Shown here piece after piece: positions 1 through 12,437 of a DNA stretch of 64,000 nt. The notes beneath the pieces are model-generated. The model had not been told where the DNA came from and searched no databases. It saw nothing but the letters and a program-made list of their open reading frames with translations. The stretch comes from Phoronis australis. Lineage: Eukaryota > Animalia > Phoronida. The stretch lies in contig NMRA01000301.1 of NCBI GenBank assembly GCA_002633005.1, forward strand, positions 1-64,000, written 5' to 3'. Every line of letters begins with the position of its first letter. Within the stretch, counting starts at the first letter, position 1. A program made the position numbers and the translations under genes.

Positions 1-32
1 GCGACCATTTCCATCTCTTCCCGGGAGTAAAC
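1..32 (-). CDS. Kynurenine aminotransferase (KYAT1/3-like) coding exon 6, truncated by the window edge
   Basis: Acceptor ttttaag, then VYSREEMEMVA in phase 0, continuing the NPLGK exon as in KAT I/III. Confidence 0.9.
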
Positions 33-144
33 CTTAAAATATAAATGCGATTAGTACGTCCCTGTTAGCGTGAAAAAAGTGGGGCTTTTTAATTGGTCAA
101 CCCAATTGGGTATACACTGCATGGGTAGAAAATTGTATACCAAC

Positions 145-264
145 CTTTCCAAGGGGATTGTTGGGTGTATTGAAGACAATAAGCTTGGTTTTTGAGTTGA
201 ATTTACTGGCCAACTCCTCCGGATCCAGTGTGAAGTCACTGCTGTGCATAACGCCATCTGTAGT
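145..264 (-). CDS. KYAT-like coding exon 5
   Basis: aaacag|TTDGVMHSSDFTLDPEELASKFNSKTKLIVFNTPNNPLGK|gttggt; 120 nt, phase 0/0; carries the class I aminotransferase NTPNNP motif. Confidence 0.95.
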
Positions 265-444
265 CTGTTTTTGAAATAACTTTGAAGTTAATAATTTAAC
301 AAAACGCCAAGTGAATTATACATCTTGTTTCAAACCTCAAATTTTGCTATTAGAACCAAACCTGAAACACAATTTCTAATCAAATTGAATGTCTTCCGAC
401 GAAAAACACCAATGAAGTTAATGTCTATATCTGCCTCTATCTCT

Positions 445-537
445 TTCTCTCCCTCCCTTCCTCCTCCCTCCCTCACCACCATCCCTCCCTCCCTCCCTCC
501 CTCCCCCTCCATCACTGCATCTAACTCTCTATTTCGT

Positions 538-574
<37 letters not shown>
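445..574. repeat. Polypyrimidine tract and (CT)n microsatellite in a KYAT intron
   Basis: CCCT-rich run followed by (CT)n ending at an N. Confidence 0.95.
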
Positions 575-625
575 NTTAAAATAGTTCTGTTCATAGAACC
601 TAAGTTGTCCCATCAGGAGGCTCAC

Positions 626-715
626 CGGTGGCTTCAGAGCTACAAAGACTGGTACAGCGCCGACGTTGCTCACCATCAGCGAGTAGAACGCGAAAAGCGG
701 TTCTATGATTATTAC
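626..715 (-). CDS. KYAT-like coding exon 4
   Basis: ttacag|VIIIEPLFAFYSLMVSNVGAVPVFVALKPP|gtgagc; 90 nt, phase 0/0. Confidence 0.95.
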
Positions 716-2175
716 CTGTAAGTTTATCAAACACATTACAAGTTATCAGCGAAATTAGTAGGCTAATAGTTACACATTTTTAAATCATTAGAATATTTTT
801 TCGTTTCTGTCGACATCATAACATTTAACATGGACGTATCGTTTATCTGTAATTATTAACAGAGCTTTCTGCAGACAAGCTAGAGGAGAATAGTAAGAAG
901 ATAAAAGTTGATGGACTAATGGTTAGATCAAAATAATTCGGGCTTAAATTTGAAAGTTACGAATATACACACGGGTATTTCAGTACAGTAGTCGACGAAC
1001 AAAAAAGCAAGAGAGTCATAAACAAATTTGTCGTTGTGTAATTGTGTCCACAGCTAGGAGTTTTAATTTGTTGTTGGAAATTTACCATAGATAGGATGGT
1101 TTCGATATCTGCTGCCTATAAAACTGGGGAAGGAATTATGACTCAGGCATGCAGGTCTTTCCTAAATGCGTATCTGCTGAATATTTCCGTGTTATAGGCT
1201 CATTGGGCGAACCCAAAAATGGACCAGCCTGCAGAAAACTCCAGAAAGCCTGTTGTAAATGTTTGTGGGCCGTCACCCGTAAGAGAGCAGTTCGTGAGTC
1301 TTTTTACTTGGCAATTTACATGTGTGACGAAATAAAAGTTTCCTATTCGTTATCAAAAAAGTCAAGAATTTTAAGCTGCTTATCCCTTGTGAAAAATGGA
1401 GTTGATAGAATGAAAACAGTAGTTGGCGCTGAGCAGCAGACAACGGCTGAAACAACACAATTAGCCCATCCCAAACTGCGAAACACATTTCTGGCACCCG
1501 CTGCAGAGGAATATTACGTATCTACCACGGGAAAGGAACCCATGGCCGATAGACAAAAATATTGTTAAAACTGTTAGTCTCACGTTACTAATGTTGCTTA
1601 TCTTAAATTTAATTATTAAAAGTCAGATAATAAAAATGCGTTTTCATGTACTTGTACAACATCCACAAAAGTATTTTTTCTAGGATCTTGAAGAGATCAT
1701 TAAATTGCTGATGATTTCTTAAGCCAAGATTAGCCTAGAACTTCAAACAAATGTACATAATGTCCTGTTGTTTTATGTGAAGTCACGTGGAAAGGGTATC
1801 ATTTGAAAATAAGTTTTAATGAAGGTAGTTTGCGTAAAATTCATTTCTACTGAATTTACTTAAAAGGGAGCCAAACGGGTATCTCTCCTTGTCTGCGATC
1901 ATCGAAACCATACTTGCGTTTTAATTAGGTTTGAGTTATTAAAACATTCAAGATTAAAACTTAAATGACATAAACAACTGTGTGAGCGGACAGAAAGAAG
2001 AACAGCACGACACTTGTCAATTTGGTTAACGTCCCTGGAATGAAGAATACATTGTTCTCAAAGACACCCCGGGAGGGAAAACTGACGGTTCTTAAGGACC
2101 AAACGTGTACTTAGCTACAGAGCAAACTGGTATTCGAACATGCATGGCTAACCACATAGCTCATCATATAACTAC

Positions 2176-2325
2176 CTCGTCACCCGGCGACAGCAAAGTA
2201 CTACAACAACAGAATAAAGCGCCCGTTGCACCAACGGTGACCAAAACCTCTGACATCGCATCTATGTTTCGACCAATAAGGGGGGAGTAAAGCTTTGCGA
2301 TTGCCTTAACCAAGTCTGGATGACC
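2176..2325 (-). CDS. KYAT-like coding exon 3
   Basis: ctttcag|GHPDLVKAIAKLYSPLIGRNIDAMSEVLVTVGATGALFCCCSTLLSPGDE|gtagtt; 150 nt, phase 0/0. Confidence 0.95.
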
Positions 2326-3137
2326 CTGAAAGAAGAAAAGGCAGTCTCAAACCGAGAGTGCAGAATAAATATCACGAACATCCAAATTTCATTATTGGTG
2401 ACGTGAAGATAGGATCGACGTTACAGTCCATGTATGAAATAGCTACATATAATTAAATGCTTTTACCAGCAAACTTTTGACGATACTGCTTGGAAAACTG
2501 CCAGGGTCCATTCTCGAGAAAATGTGTAATGTTGCACACCATGTGCAGATACATTTTGTACAACCGGAAAATACACATTGCTTTATGGTCATTCTCGTAA
2601 TCAGTTTGCGACAGTACATGTACGCTAAATAGTCAGTGGCACGATATCAAGTTCGTTGTCTACATGAATTTTCTAAGGTGCACTGAAATGGGCAGCCAAT
2701 TACGGCAAATTCGTGAAGTCGCAGAAGTGCTTCACCGTTTTTTTTCATCGTTATCTGTGGGTTCGTAGAAAAAATATTCAACAAGGCTTTGACCTTCTGA
2801 CATAAATAATCAACGGCAGAATTTTTATCTTGTCTTATAAAATGAAATAACACTCGCCAGTCATCAAAAGCTTAGAGAAAGTATTGAAAACTCTTTACAA
2901 AGACTGCTATAGCAGCGATGTATTGGACTAAGTCTTGTCGATACATGGCGAAAGAGTATTAGTGGGACAGCACTTTGAGATTTTTAATGGAAATTTAATG
3001 CAAGCAAGCACTTTTGATAATTTTGCCGCCACCAGGCTGACAAAATTTTACTAACATTTTATTATTTAAAATGACTTATTCTTCTTAAAATGACATAGAC
3101 AAAAAATTGAATTTCAGGCCTCAAAAGCGAAGCCCCT

Positions 3138-3555
3138 CTGTATTAATGTAGGTGGCCTCGCCGAAAGGGGTCAAAGAGCGGGGCCCTCTCATATTAATAT
3201 AGGAAGCCTCGCTCTCCGGCCGCCTTTTGGCGAGGCCGCCTATAATAATATAGGCGGCCTTGCCGAAAGGCGGCCGGATAGTGGGGCTTTCTATATTAAT
3301 ATAGAAGGCCCCGCCGAAAGGCTGTCAGAGAGTGGGACACTCTATAATAATAAAGTGCCCCGCTCTCCGGCCGCCTTTCAGCGAGGCCGCCTGTATTATT
3401 ATACGAAGGCCTCGCTGAAAGGCGATCGAAAAGCAAGGTCCCTATATTAATGTAGGGGGCCTCACCGGAAGGCAGCTGGAGACCGGGGCCTCTTATGAAC
3501 CCCGCTCTCCGGCCGTCTTCTGGCGAGAGTGACCTCGCCCGACGTGCGAGGCCGT
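3138..3555. repeat. Mixed-orientation ~50-bp minisatellite with palindromic AT spacers
   Basis: Eight ~33-bp units (ggcctcgccgaaaggcggccggagagcggggcc or its reverse complement) separated by ctatattaatatag-like spacers. Confidence 0.9.
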
Positions 3556-4421
3556 CAATTTTAATATGGGCAGCCCACTTGAAGGGGGCCACAGAGTGTA
3601 TAGGCTGCCGAAGAGCAAAGTGCGTTACATTATTAGGATACCCAACATTAGTTTGGAGGCACCACTTTTTGACTACCTTTGGTCATGGCCCCTGGCTATT
3701 ACAGGAGGTCCCAATGTTCATACATCTTCTCGTGGTTTCCTGTAAAATTGCATAATTGGCCCGCTTTTTGACTGGCTTTAGGTAAGGTTCCCTATCATAA
3801 TACAAAGATCTTTGTTCTTCAGTCGCCTTCGGGCTGGGCCCCTCCAATCACATGACAGAACATGAATGGGCACGAAAATCATAGCCAATGTCTTCAAGTC
3901 AATTAAGACTTGCTATCACCACACAATGGACCACGAGCTTTAACAAAAACCTCAAACGTAAGTTTGTAGGTTCTATCAACTTTAAGTGTTAGGTATTTTG
4001 CGCATCACTTCACCTCCAATTACACCTCACGCGGTAAGCTGCAAGCAAATCTTCACCGCTGAGGTAAATATGCATGGAGGGCAAACCAATAAGCATTTCC
4101 AATGCAGCTGTAGGTGTCCCCGGAAATGCAGAGGTACCACATAAACAAACTAAATGCTGTATTTAACCCACTTTAGGTCTAACAGTTCTCTGTTCACAAG
4201 ATGTTTTTATATTAATTCCGCGTAAGCAAACATGGGTCTGATAACGCCATTGTACATCCATAAAGAATACTTAATCCCCATGTTTTACCCACCAATCGGC
4301 TGCACCTTGGCCTCGATTACATGGGCATAGCTGAAATGCCAAACCTGTTAACAGATTTTTTCGGAAACTGTAAGATACGCGTAATTAGGTGAATACGACA
4401 TAATGCATAAAGACACATTAC

Positions 4422-4569
4422 CGCAGAACGGGTGTATTGGTGATTCAGAGGGTCGTCAGATAGTACTGCTTTGCTCAGGAACTCTTTGACGTACTGCGGA
4501 CAGGAAAAGTCAGCAAACCCTTGAGACAAATTTACAGATGCATTTCGGCCATAATCTGTAAACTTCTCC
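4422..4569 (-). CDS. KYAT-like coding exon 2
   Basis: ttttcag|G EKFTDYGRNASVNLSQGFADFSCPQYVKEFLSKAVLSDDPLNHQYTRSA|gtaatg; 148 nt, phase 2/0; matches the NLGQGFPDF...QYT motif. Confidence 0.95.
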
Positions 4570-7500
4570 CTGAAAAGAAATCACGTAGGATCTTAAACTA
4601 AGAAGCCCACTGTTTTGACTTGCTGTCATCTACAAACGAAATATAAATAAAAAGCAACAGGGTAGTAGATTGCTAATAACCCCTAGACGACTTTTATTTA
4701 AAATTGACATCTCTGGTTCTAACCAAGGTAATTTTTTATGTACACATTTTGAAGATTTGGCACATCTGTTTGGAATTTCAATTTGAAGCCTGCGCGCTTT
4801 ATCGTTGATTACATCCCGTAAATCATCCACTAGGTGAAACAGTACAAGTTATAGTTTGCAGTTCACTGTGGAAATCGTGTGTAAGGTTTGAAAATATATA
4901 ATCGAAAATGTTAAACGTGCTAGATGTTTCTACACTCAAAATATTTCTTTGGGGTCGAGGTTTAATGTTTAGGGCACTCAAAGAGCAAAGTTTAATTGGT
5001 TCGGTGACGACGTGAGTCCGAAATGAAATTTCCTCAGGTGCAAGAATCCGACGGATCGATAGAGTACAACGAGCTAATATTCCAGAAGGCAAGTATTCAC
5101 ATATTTATTAACCATGTTCACATTTTCGTGATTTTTTTTATTGGCTACGCGTTGAAGTTTGCTATACCTGGCACCAGAACGCCTTGGTAATTTTGCAAAC
5201 GAATTGGAAGAGATATTCAACTAGTACACAGGATAATGTAGCAGAAAAAGTCTGAGTACCAAAACTGTAAACCGATAAATTTGGGAATGCCAAACTCTGC
5301 AAAATTCATCTAAACTGTTTAAAATGCCACGAAGTTCAAGCAACGATATAGACAATGATAATTTTACAGCATACACGCGCATTTAGCCTTTTGGCTCCCT
5401 TGTACGCGAACCAATTGAATAAAACAATTTTCTAATTCGATGCTCTAGCGCACCTCATCACGAAAAAATAGGCAATGTTATTTGGGCTCGCAAAATACAA
5501 TGGATCGCTCAGTACAAGTACTGTAGTGCTTTTAAATTAGTTTACATCAAGATTAAGCACGTTTGCTTTTCAGTGGGATATTGTGGCTTTATGTTTACTT
5601 CTTTGTGGACTTTCCAAATATTCAATCCCTAAAACAGCTTCCCCGAAAAAGCCCTCTTTCAAAAGGTGAAATTTTTAGGACCAAATTTTGTAAAGCATTT
5701 GGAGCAAAATCATACTTAAAACTCAATCGTGCATTTCACCCATTAATTAGACCATTTAGACTGCACTGTAACAGTTCTATTTCCTGCGATCAAGATGCTA
5801 TGTTGGTTCAAATAATGTCATTGTTCATGTCAGTTTCTGTTTTTCGGGTTGATGGAGAAACAAAACACATTTTTATCATTAATGGAATATTGCTAGGATA
5901 TCCTGCACATGGCATGCAGTCATGCCTAGCACTAAATACAACTTGTTTTAGAAAGAATGTTTGGATTTCCATCAGCGGCTTAAAAAAACTCTCGATCGTT
6001 CTGACAGTTCGGAAACTAAAGCCAGTGTAAATTTGAATTAAAAGGAAAAACTTATCTGTGTATTTAGCCAAATACCGGAAAAGCATAGATTTTGACTAAG
6101 TACATGTATTAGTATTTATTTTATGAAAATAGAAAGCATTTTGAATTTGATTTTTGACTTTACTATGTCTGCCAATAAGTAGGTCAAGTTTCCAAGAACG
6201 ATATGTTCATAGCAAAACAACTGTGTAAATAAAATGATCAAATTTTGTTCGATATAAATATCGAAGATGAAATCTCAAAAACGTACAGTGTAGTTCCATT
6301 TTTGTGAATCACCATTTCGTTTTCGTTTCATGCTATGTTTAAATGTTTTCTTAAAACCATAAAAGTCCCATTTTTGAAAAACCCTCATGCAAAAGTGGAT
6401 AATGTTAAAAATAATTTCTAGAGACATTTCGGAGAGCAGAGTATAAAGAATGCTTTCTGAAATTTCCATATGAATCCGATCAGCCACTATCCAATGTTTT
6501 CCAAGTTCTATATAATCTTAAAAGACAAGAAAATCAGCTGCAATATGCTTGGAAAGGAATAATCAATAATAGGTAAAATAATTCCAAGAAAGCTTGGCAT
6601 TTATCACAATGGCCGCAATCAACAAGCAGGTCTACATGTGTATTACAGGTCCAAGACAAGGCCAGGGATTGACCATTTACGTTACATATCGCGAAGTCTT
6701 CCTTACAATGAAGTAGTCTTTGGTAAATCCAATACCCTGAATCTTGTTTTGTGTTTTCATATGAACATTGTACATAGAAAAAATAATAACCCGGTACGAT
6801 GTTCTGAGAAGTTCAAAAACAGGTACGTGGTATTTACAATTTTGAAAATTTTATTTTCCTTCATAACTGTAATTCACAACTGTTGGGTGAAAGACGGACC
6901 GGATTAGTTTATAGTTTACTTAGCTTTTGTTTAATTAGTACTCCCGAATGATTCAATTCATTATTAACAAGGATCTAACAAAATCGAAATCAAAAACAAG
7001 AAAATTAAATAAAATAGGTTGCACCAGATAGTGACCTTTCCTTGGCGGTTCCTTGGTATTAAAATTTACATTAAAGAGATGGAAACGGACATTAAACATA
7101 GACAAAACGCAGTGATGGTCAGATAAGAGTGTGCTCAGGTGTGTGGATTCAATGTTAAGAAAAGGAAACAGGACTGAATAAATGAAAAATAAATAAATAG
7201 TATCAAAACAATAGATAATTAAATGAAAACAAAAGTCCGGAATACTTCAGAGACTCAAGAATGTAAAAGCTTGAAAGACGTTAAAGCTAACATTCAATTT
7301 TGCTAACTAAATCATGTTCGAGGTGTAAGTTGCTTGGCGAAGGTAAGCTATTTTGTTGGAGATCTCTGCACTTTACTGGCGTTCATTTTCCCAAAAGATT
7401 TTACACCAGAAACACAATAGAAACGCAGTGAATTGTATATGTCCAGCATCCTGTGTCACGAGCGTATCGGTGAGTTGTAAGTGACCAACACCGCCTGCTG

Positions 7501-8109
7501 TGAATTGAGCACTACATCTACATGTACACCATATGCTGAAGCAGATTCTGCTTTTCACCTTAGTCCCAAGTAGTCACTTGAACCTACCATTTCGGAACAC
7601 GAGAAAATGTGACATGACTAAAGTTGCTCGTAGGAACCAATGGTCCTTCTATTTACAAATTTAAGTGAGATTATCAAACTAGTGGAAGCCGTGGTGGTTG
7701 TGGACGGTGTCTGGGACAGCAACTTGAACCAAGACAAAATAATATAGCCCTCTCGAATACTGGGGTTGCTCTGGATGTTTGACGTCTTTTACTCTCATTT
7801 TAAGGATTCTATGCACATTGTGTGGACGTAAACTTCTGCTGTAGACATGTGTTCTTGGAATTCATTGAACCCTACCGCACTTAGCCAGAATTGAAATTGA
7901 GATGACCAAACTTGCTATAGGGAAATCACTGATCCTTCTAGGATGAAGGTTAAGACTACACGTGCTGAAGCAGTGGTGGTTGTGGACGCTATCTGTGGTT
8001 ACAAAAGGGAGTTTAAGTACTAAGCATATGTAGCAGATGGATGTGGCCTATTTGGCTACGGACTTCCGCAAACCCTCGCTGGAAGACCCGGAAAATTATG
8101 TGTACGTAC

Positions 8110-8369
8110 AGTTGCGGATCTAGGATACCATGAAGGGGGGGCAACATGTTGCCTGGGAAAATTGGGCAAAGCGCGATTGTTTGTGCACAGGGGGCCGGAA
8201 GTTTGCGGAGCCAAAAATAAACGGGAGCACGATTCCTGTGGTAATCTGGGCCCCCTCATCCGCTACCCACTCTAGGTGCTAAACTCTACATTTCCTCACG
8301 CTTCACGCTCTACCTGTTTCATTTTGCCTTCGGCAGCCAAGGGGGGGCCTCTAAATCTGCATATGACTT
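8110..8369. mobile_element. MITE of a CAGTGGCGGATCTAGG-ended family
   Basis: cagttgcggatctagg ... cctctaaatctgcatatg; related starts at about 27125, 58875 and 59365. Confidence 0.65.
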
Positions 8370-9553
8370 AAGAAGGTTCTCATGACTTCAAATCAGGTAT
8401 TTTGCCCAGTTGATCCGACCTGGGTCAAATGCTATGCAGGTATCGAACCGACTGATATCTTTTTAATGCTACAGATTTCGAGGTTTTATTCTGAGGTTTC
8501 AATAAATTGATAGAATGGACCTAATCCAAAAATGCATGTCATCACTGGGCAACTCGTGCCCATATAGTACATGTATATGCCTTAAATATACTAAAGATTG
8601 TAGTCTAATGGTGAGAGAATAGGGTTTCACGAATTATTTAAGCCATGCGTGCTCAGAGCTTCAAAAACAAGGCTTCAGTTTTACTAATGACTCACTAAAA
8701 GGTGTTGCAAATATCACGTTTACACTGAAACACAATCAAAGGATTTTTCAATAAACTAAGTATCATCGGCGACTTCAATGATAAAAAGCTTATTAGACGC
8801 TCCAGACCCACGGCAATGAGATTAGACGATCATTTCACTCACACAACTGCTTTCTGAGGCGGTAAATTTGAGGAAAAACAGACAGAAAAAAATACTAAGA
8901 GGACATGTAACTCTGAACAAGCTAAATGGAATCAGTTGCATTCCGGAAATTTGGATGCGCACAGAAGTGCATAAAAACTATTATTGAAAAACGTGCAACG
9001 TTGTAACCTACTACAGTTAATTTGAGCAGTGGAAACGAGTGTTCTTTATCTGATCTTGTGTCAATAGACACCGTCTACTTTGGCGAAATGCGGGTGACAG
9101 ATATGGAATTTGTACTTGTGTTAGTTGGGCTACTGTGTAATGTTTACACTGTAACAGCTGGAGTAGACTGAGCAAGATTTCGTATGAAAGAATTTGGCTT
9201 GTTTACATCCATGGAAACCTGAATGCCCAGCTGTATCAACTGGACATACTGGGTTCTGTCGTCATTCCTTACGTACAGGCAGTCGGTCTTAGCCGAAACA
9301 TAAGTTTATAAGTCCCGTTTCGACATCAACTTTTGGCCCTGCGCAACTGACACGGAGCAAATTGACCCGTGTCAAGCGGCCGTTTCCACACACAACTCAC
9401 TAATCGTGGCAAGACGGAAATTAAAGGCTGGAGAGACTGTATCACACATGCGCAGGTTTACAAACGAAGAAAGTTACAGAGACAAAGAACCCGTACGTAT
9501 GTCATTGCACAAGCGCAGTAGAGATGATCCTGTCCGCCTTACTCCAGTTTCGC

Positions 9554-9728
9554 GTTTACACTTATAATTGACACGGCGCAAGATGTTCGGGCGCAAATTA
9601 CTCTACCTCACAAACGGGTGGCAAAAATTTGCCACAGGGTGTTAATTTGCGCCGTGTCAGCCCGTTTACACATTGGAACAACTTGTTCCGTGTCAGCTGA
9701 TCCGTGTCAACTTTGCAAGTGTAAACGG
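9554..9728. mobile_element. PIF/Harbinger-like MITE
   Basis: Imperfect TIRs cgtttacacttataattgacacgg / ccgtgtcaactttgcaagtgtaaacg with internal ccgtgtca repeats; related fragment at 9340-9395. Superfamily is inferred. Confidence 0.6.
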
Positions 9729-10389
9729 CACTATAGACGATTCTGCTGTCACAAAAATATTTTAAATCTCCTATTAAAGGTCGAGAAGAACGAAGTTCGT
9801 ACGGTGTACTTCTTCCCACCAAAAAGTAGTTTAAAGTGCTTCGTAAATGGCCTTTATCTTGGTAGACGTTCTTTCGGAAATTCTCCGTTATTCTTTCTCC
9901 AAGAGATTTGGGCTTGGTGCAGCGACAGACAGAGGGTCAATTAAGTCAATAAATTATACACGTGTGGTAAAGGCAACATTATATTAGTCCCTTCATAGCG
10001 TAATTCAACAAACTTTTCTGAGCTGTTCAAGAAGTGTTTGTTTACGACAGACGTCCAAACCAATGCATCTGCACAAAAAATCGCACACGTAATTGTGCGT
10101 GTTTTTCCGTACGCATTGCCATTTCATAGCTCTGATGAAGAAATGAAACTGGTGGTGAGGCCGGACACATAACACGTAAAGTCATTATTGAAAATGAAAG
10201 TGTTATGCCCAGTGACCGGGAGTGCGGACTGAGTCTACTACAAATTAGACTGAGAAAACCTTTGCTGGATAGTAATGTTTAAAATTTGTTAAAAAGAGAT
10301 TAAATCAACAAAAATTAGCTCTGGGGGAATTTCGCGCACTGCAAATTCGGACAAGTGTACCGTCCAAGCTGAGATAAAGAATCAATTAC

Positions 10390-10439
10390 CAGTTTTGGGC
10401 AGGTCCTTTTGAACAAAATGAGTTCGTGCAGCAATCCAT
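10390..10439 (-). CDS. Probable KYAT-like first coding exon (exon 10390-10447 includes 8 nt upstream of the ATG)
   Basis: ttttgtttccag|gattggag then MDCCTNSFCSKGPAQN TG|gtaatt. The phase-2 junction TG|G restores the conserved Trp at about the same distance from Met as in vertebrate KAT I. Confidence 0.7.
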
Positions 10440-11772
10440 CTCCAATCCTGGAAACAAAATGAAACGTGATGAAGATGCTCGAAAATTGTTAAAAGTACAC
10501 GATTAGCAAGGAAATAATTACGACAGTCCGATAGAACGTGAAGTGTGCTCACGGCCGGCCAATCTAATGCCCTCTTGCGCCATAACATTTCGTAACATGT
10601 AACAACTGTTACATTTTACGTTCTTGCTACATTTTGCGTTGCCACGCCTTTCCTAAAATGTGACAAGCTGTTAGATTTTATCCCATACATGTAGATTTAA
10701 CTCACGCGGCGGACATTAAAGAAAGCGAGGCTCACTGCGGTAAACAAAGCGGAAGTTGACAATGCGCGAGTCATATGGCCGGTCTTTCGAGTCCAACCTG
10801 GATACTAAAGTCTTAAAAACGTGTCGATAATTAACCCGTGACGTAGAAAAATACATTAGAGAACAAGTCAATGCATCAAAGAGTTGTCTGACGGAAGGGT
10901 GTAACTTTTTTCGGAAAACTAGGTTCGAAACATAAAAAGTAAATGTGACCAAACTGCGGGGATCGTAGTGTTACGGATGTTGACTGCAGGGTTGCGTTTA
11001 TTCTTGTCAATTGTTGATAAAAATGTTTGTACACGAACCAGGTCATCTGCTTGTGTTGTTGACGGGTTGAGGATATAATCGACAGTGGTGACTCATCGCG
11101 TTTTGCTGTCACGTGCAGTTAGTCACATCTGGTTTAATTTGTTGACCAAGAATATTAACATCAAACATAGCCTAGGTCCTGTTTTATTATGACATGTTTT
11201 GCACAGTGTTTTATTACATATTTACTCATATACTTGTGTTCGTGATGCCACTTACACTCGGCGATCTACTATGTCAACTGCCATCTGAAGAAAGACATCT
11301 ATGTAGACACTGTGATAGTTTGTAGAACAAACTAACTAAAGCCAAGAATAGCTTACTATTCAATGAAACATGTATAAAAGAAGGTCTGCTACCCAAATAC
11401 ACAAATATACATATGCATTTACATGTTTCATTGAAAAGTAAGCTGTTCTTGGCTTTAATTAGTTTGTACAACAAACTTTCGTAGTGTCACTTCCAAACAC
11501 TCCACAAACAGAAAATTTCTCGTTCAGATATTGTTGACAATACCATCTTCAGGTATTTCGAACGTGACTCCTTTCGTTTGAAAATACTCGAAGCTTTAAT
11601 AATAAATGCTCCCTCATATTCGTCTCCTTTCTTCTTGTGTGCACGAATGAAGTAACAAACCAAGAGATACAACAAATAAACAAAAATAGTAGCTATATTT
11701 CGTGACTTCATGTCGCATCGTCAGGCAATGGGTGGAATAAAAATATACAGAGCAAAATAAACAGTAATAAGA

Positions 11773-11848
11773 ATGATGATGATCGTCATCGTTATCATAA
11801 TCATCATTGTCATCATCATCGTTATCATCGCCATGGTGACGATGATGA
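11773..11848. repeat. Degenerate (ATC/GAT)n microsatellite
   Basis: gatgatgat...catcatcatcgttatcatc; explains the low-complexity ORFs here. Confidence 0.9.
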
Positions 11849-12371
11849 CAATACTGATAATGTTTACCCAAATTCACCAGTGTCAACTCGGACGGTATTT
11901 CTGTACAAGAGTAATGAACAAAGTGCCGCCCACAGGTGTGTGTTTTCACACCAAAAATAGTCTCCAAACTGATGCCATTTTTGAAAAAATACTGTCTTAA
12001 AGGGTACATTTTCTGAACTTCTGGAACAGAATTGCGAAATTGTGAATTTTTACACAGAATTATTCATTATATAGGTCACTTTTTTGTCCGAGACCATTCT
12101 TAGTACGGCATTTAAAAGTGACTAAGTGTACAAATTTTCGGGGGGCACTCCTCATCCAAAAATACCTCTTCCGTTTCAGATACCACCCGTTCGTGATTTT
12201 GGTCATTTTTGACGTTGGTTTCGTAAAGTGTAACAATGCTTCATTTCTCGAATGCGCATTCGACGTAAAATGTAACATTGAAGTAACGTCTTGTAAGAAT
12301 TTAAGAAAGGCTTAGCCACATAAAATGTAAGCGTGACATAAAATATAACATTTCGCGGCGCATCACAGGTA

Positions 12372-12437
12372 CGTCGTCGTCGTCGTCGTCGTCCGTCGTC
12401 GTCGTCGTCCGTCGTCGTCCGTCGTCGTCGTCGTCGT
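12372..12437. repeat. (GTC)n microsatellite
   Basis: Interrupted gtc run. Confidence 0.95.

Noticed and set aside
3138-3555. CRISPR-like repeat-spacer look
   Set aside because: Both components repeat, there are no unique spacers or cas genes, and it lies in a spliceosomal intron.
4630-4830. ARRLQ peptide resembling the KAT I N-terminus
   Set aside because: No ATG and no phase-2 donor; the exon at 10390-10447 fits better.
5563-6030. 155-aa ORF, and similar long ORFs at 1149 and 35581
   Set aside because: No recognisable motifs, intronic or repeat context, no splice support.
11614-12009. His/Asp-rich and Ile-rich ORFs
   Set aside because: Translations of an (ATC)n microsatellite.
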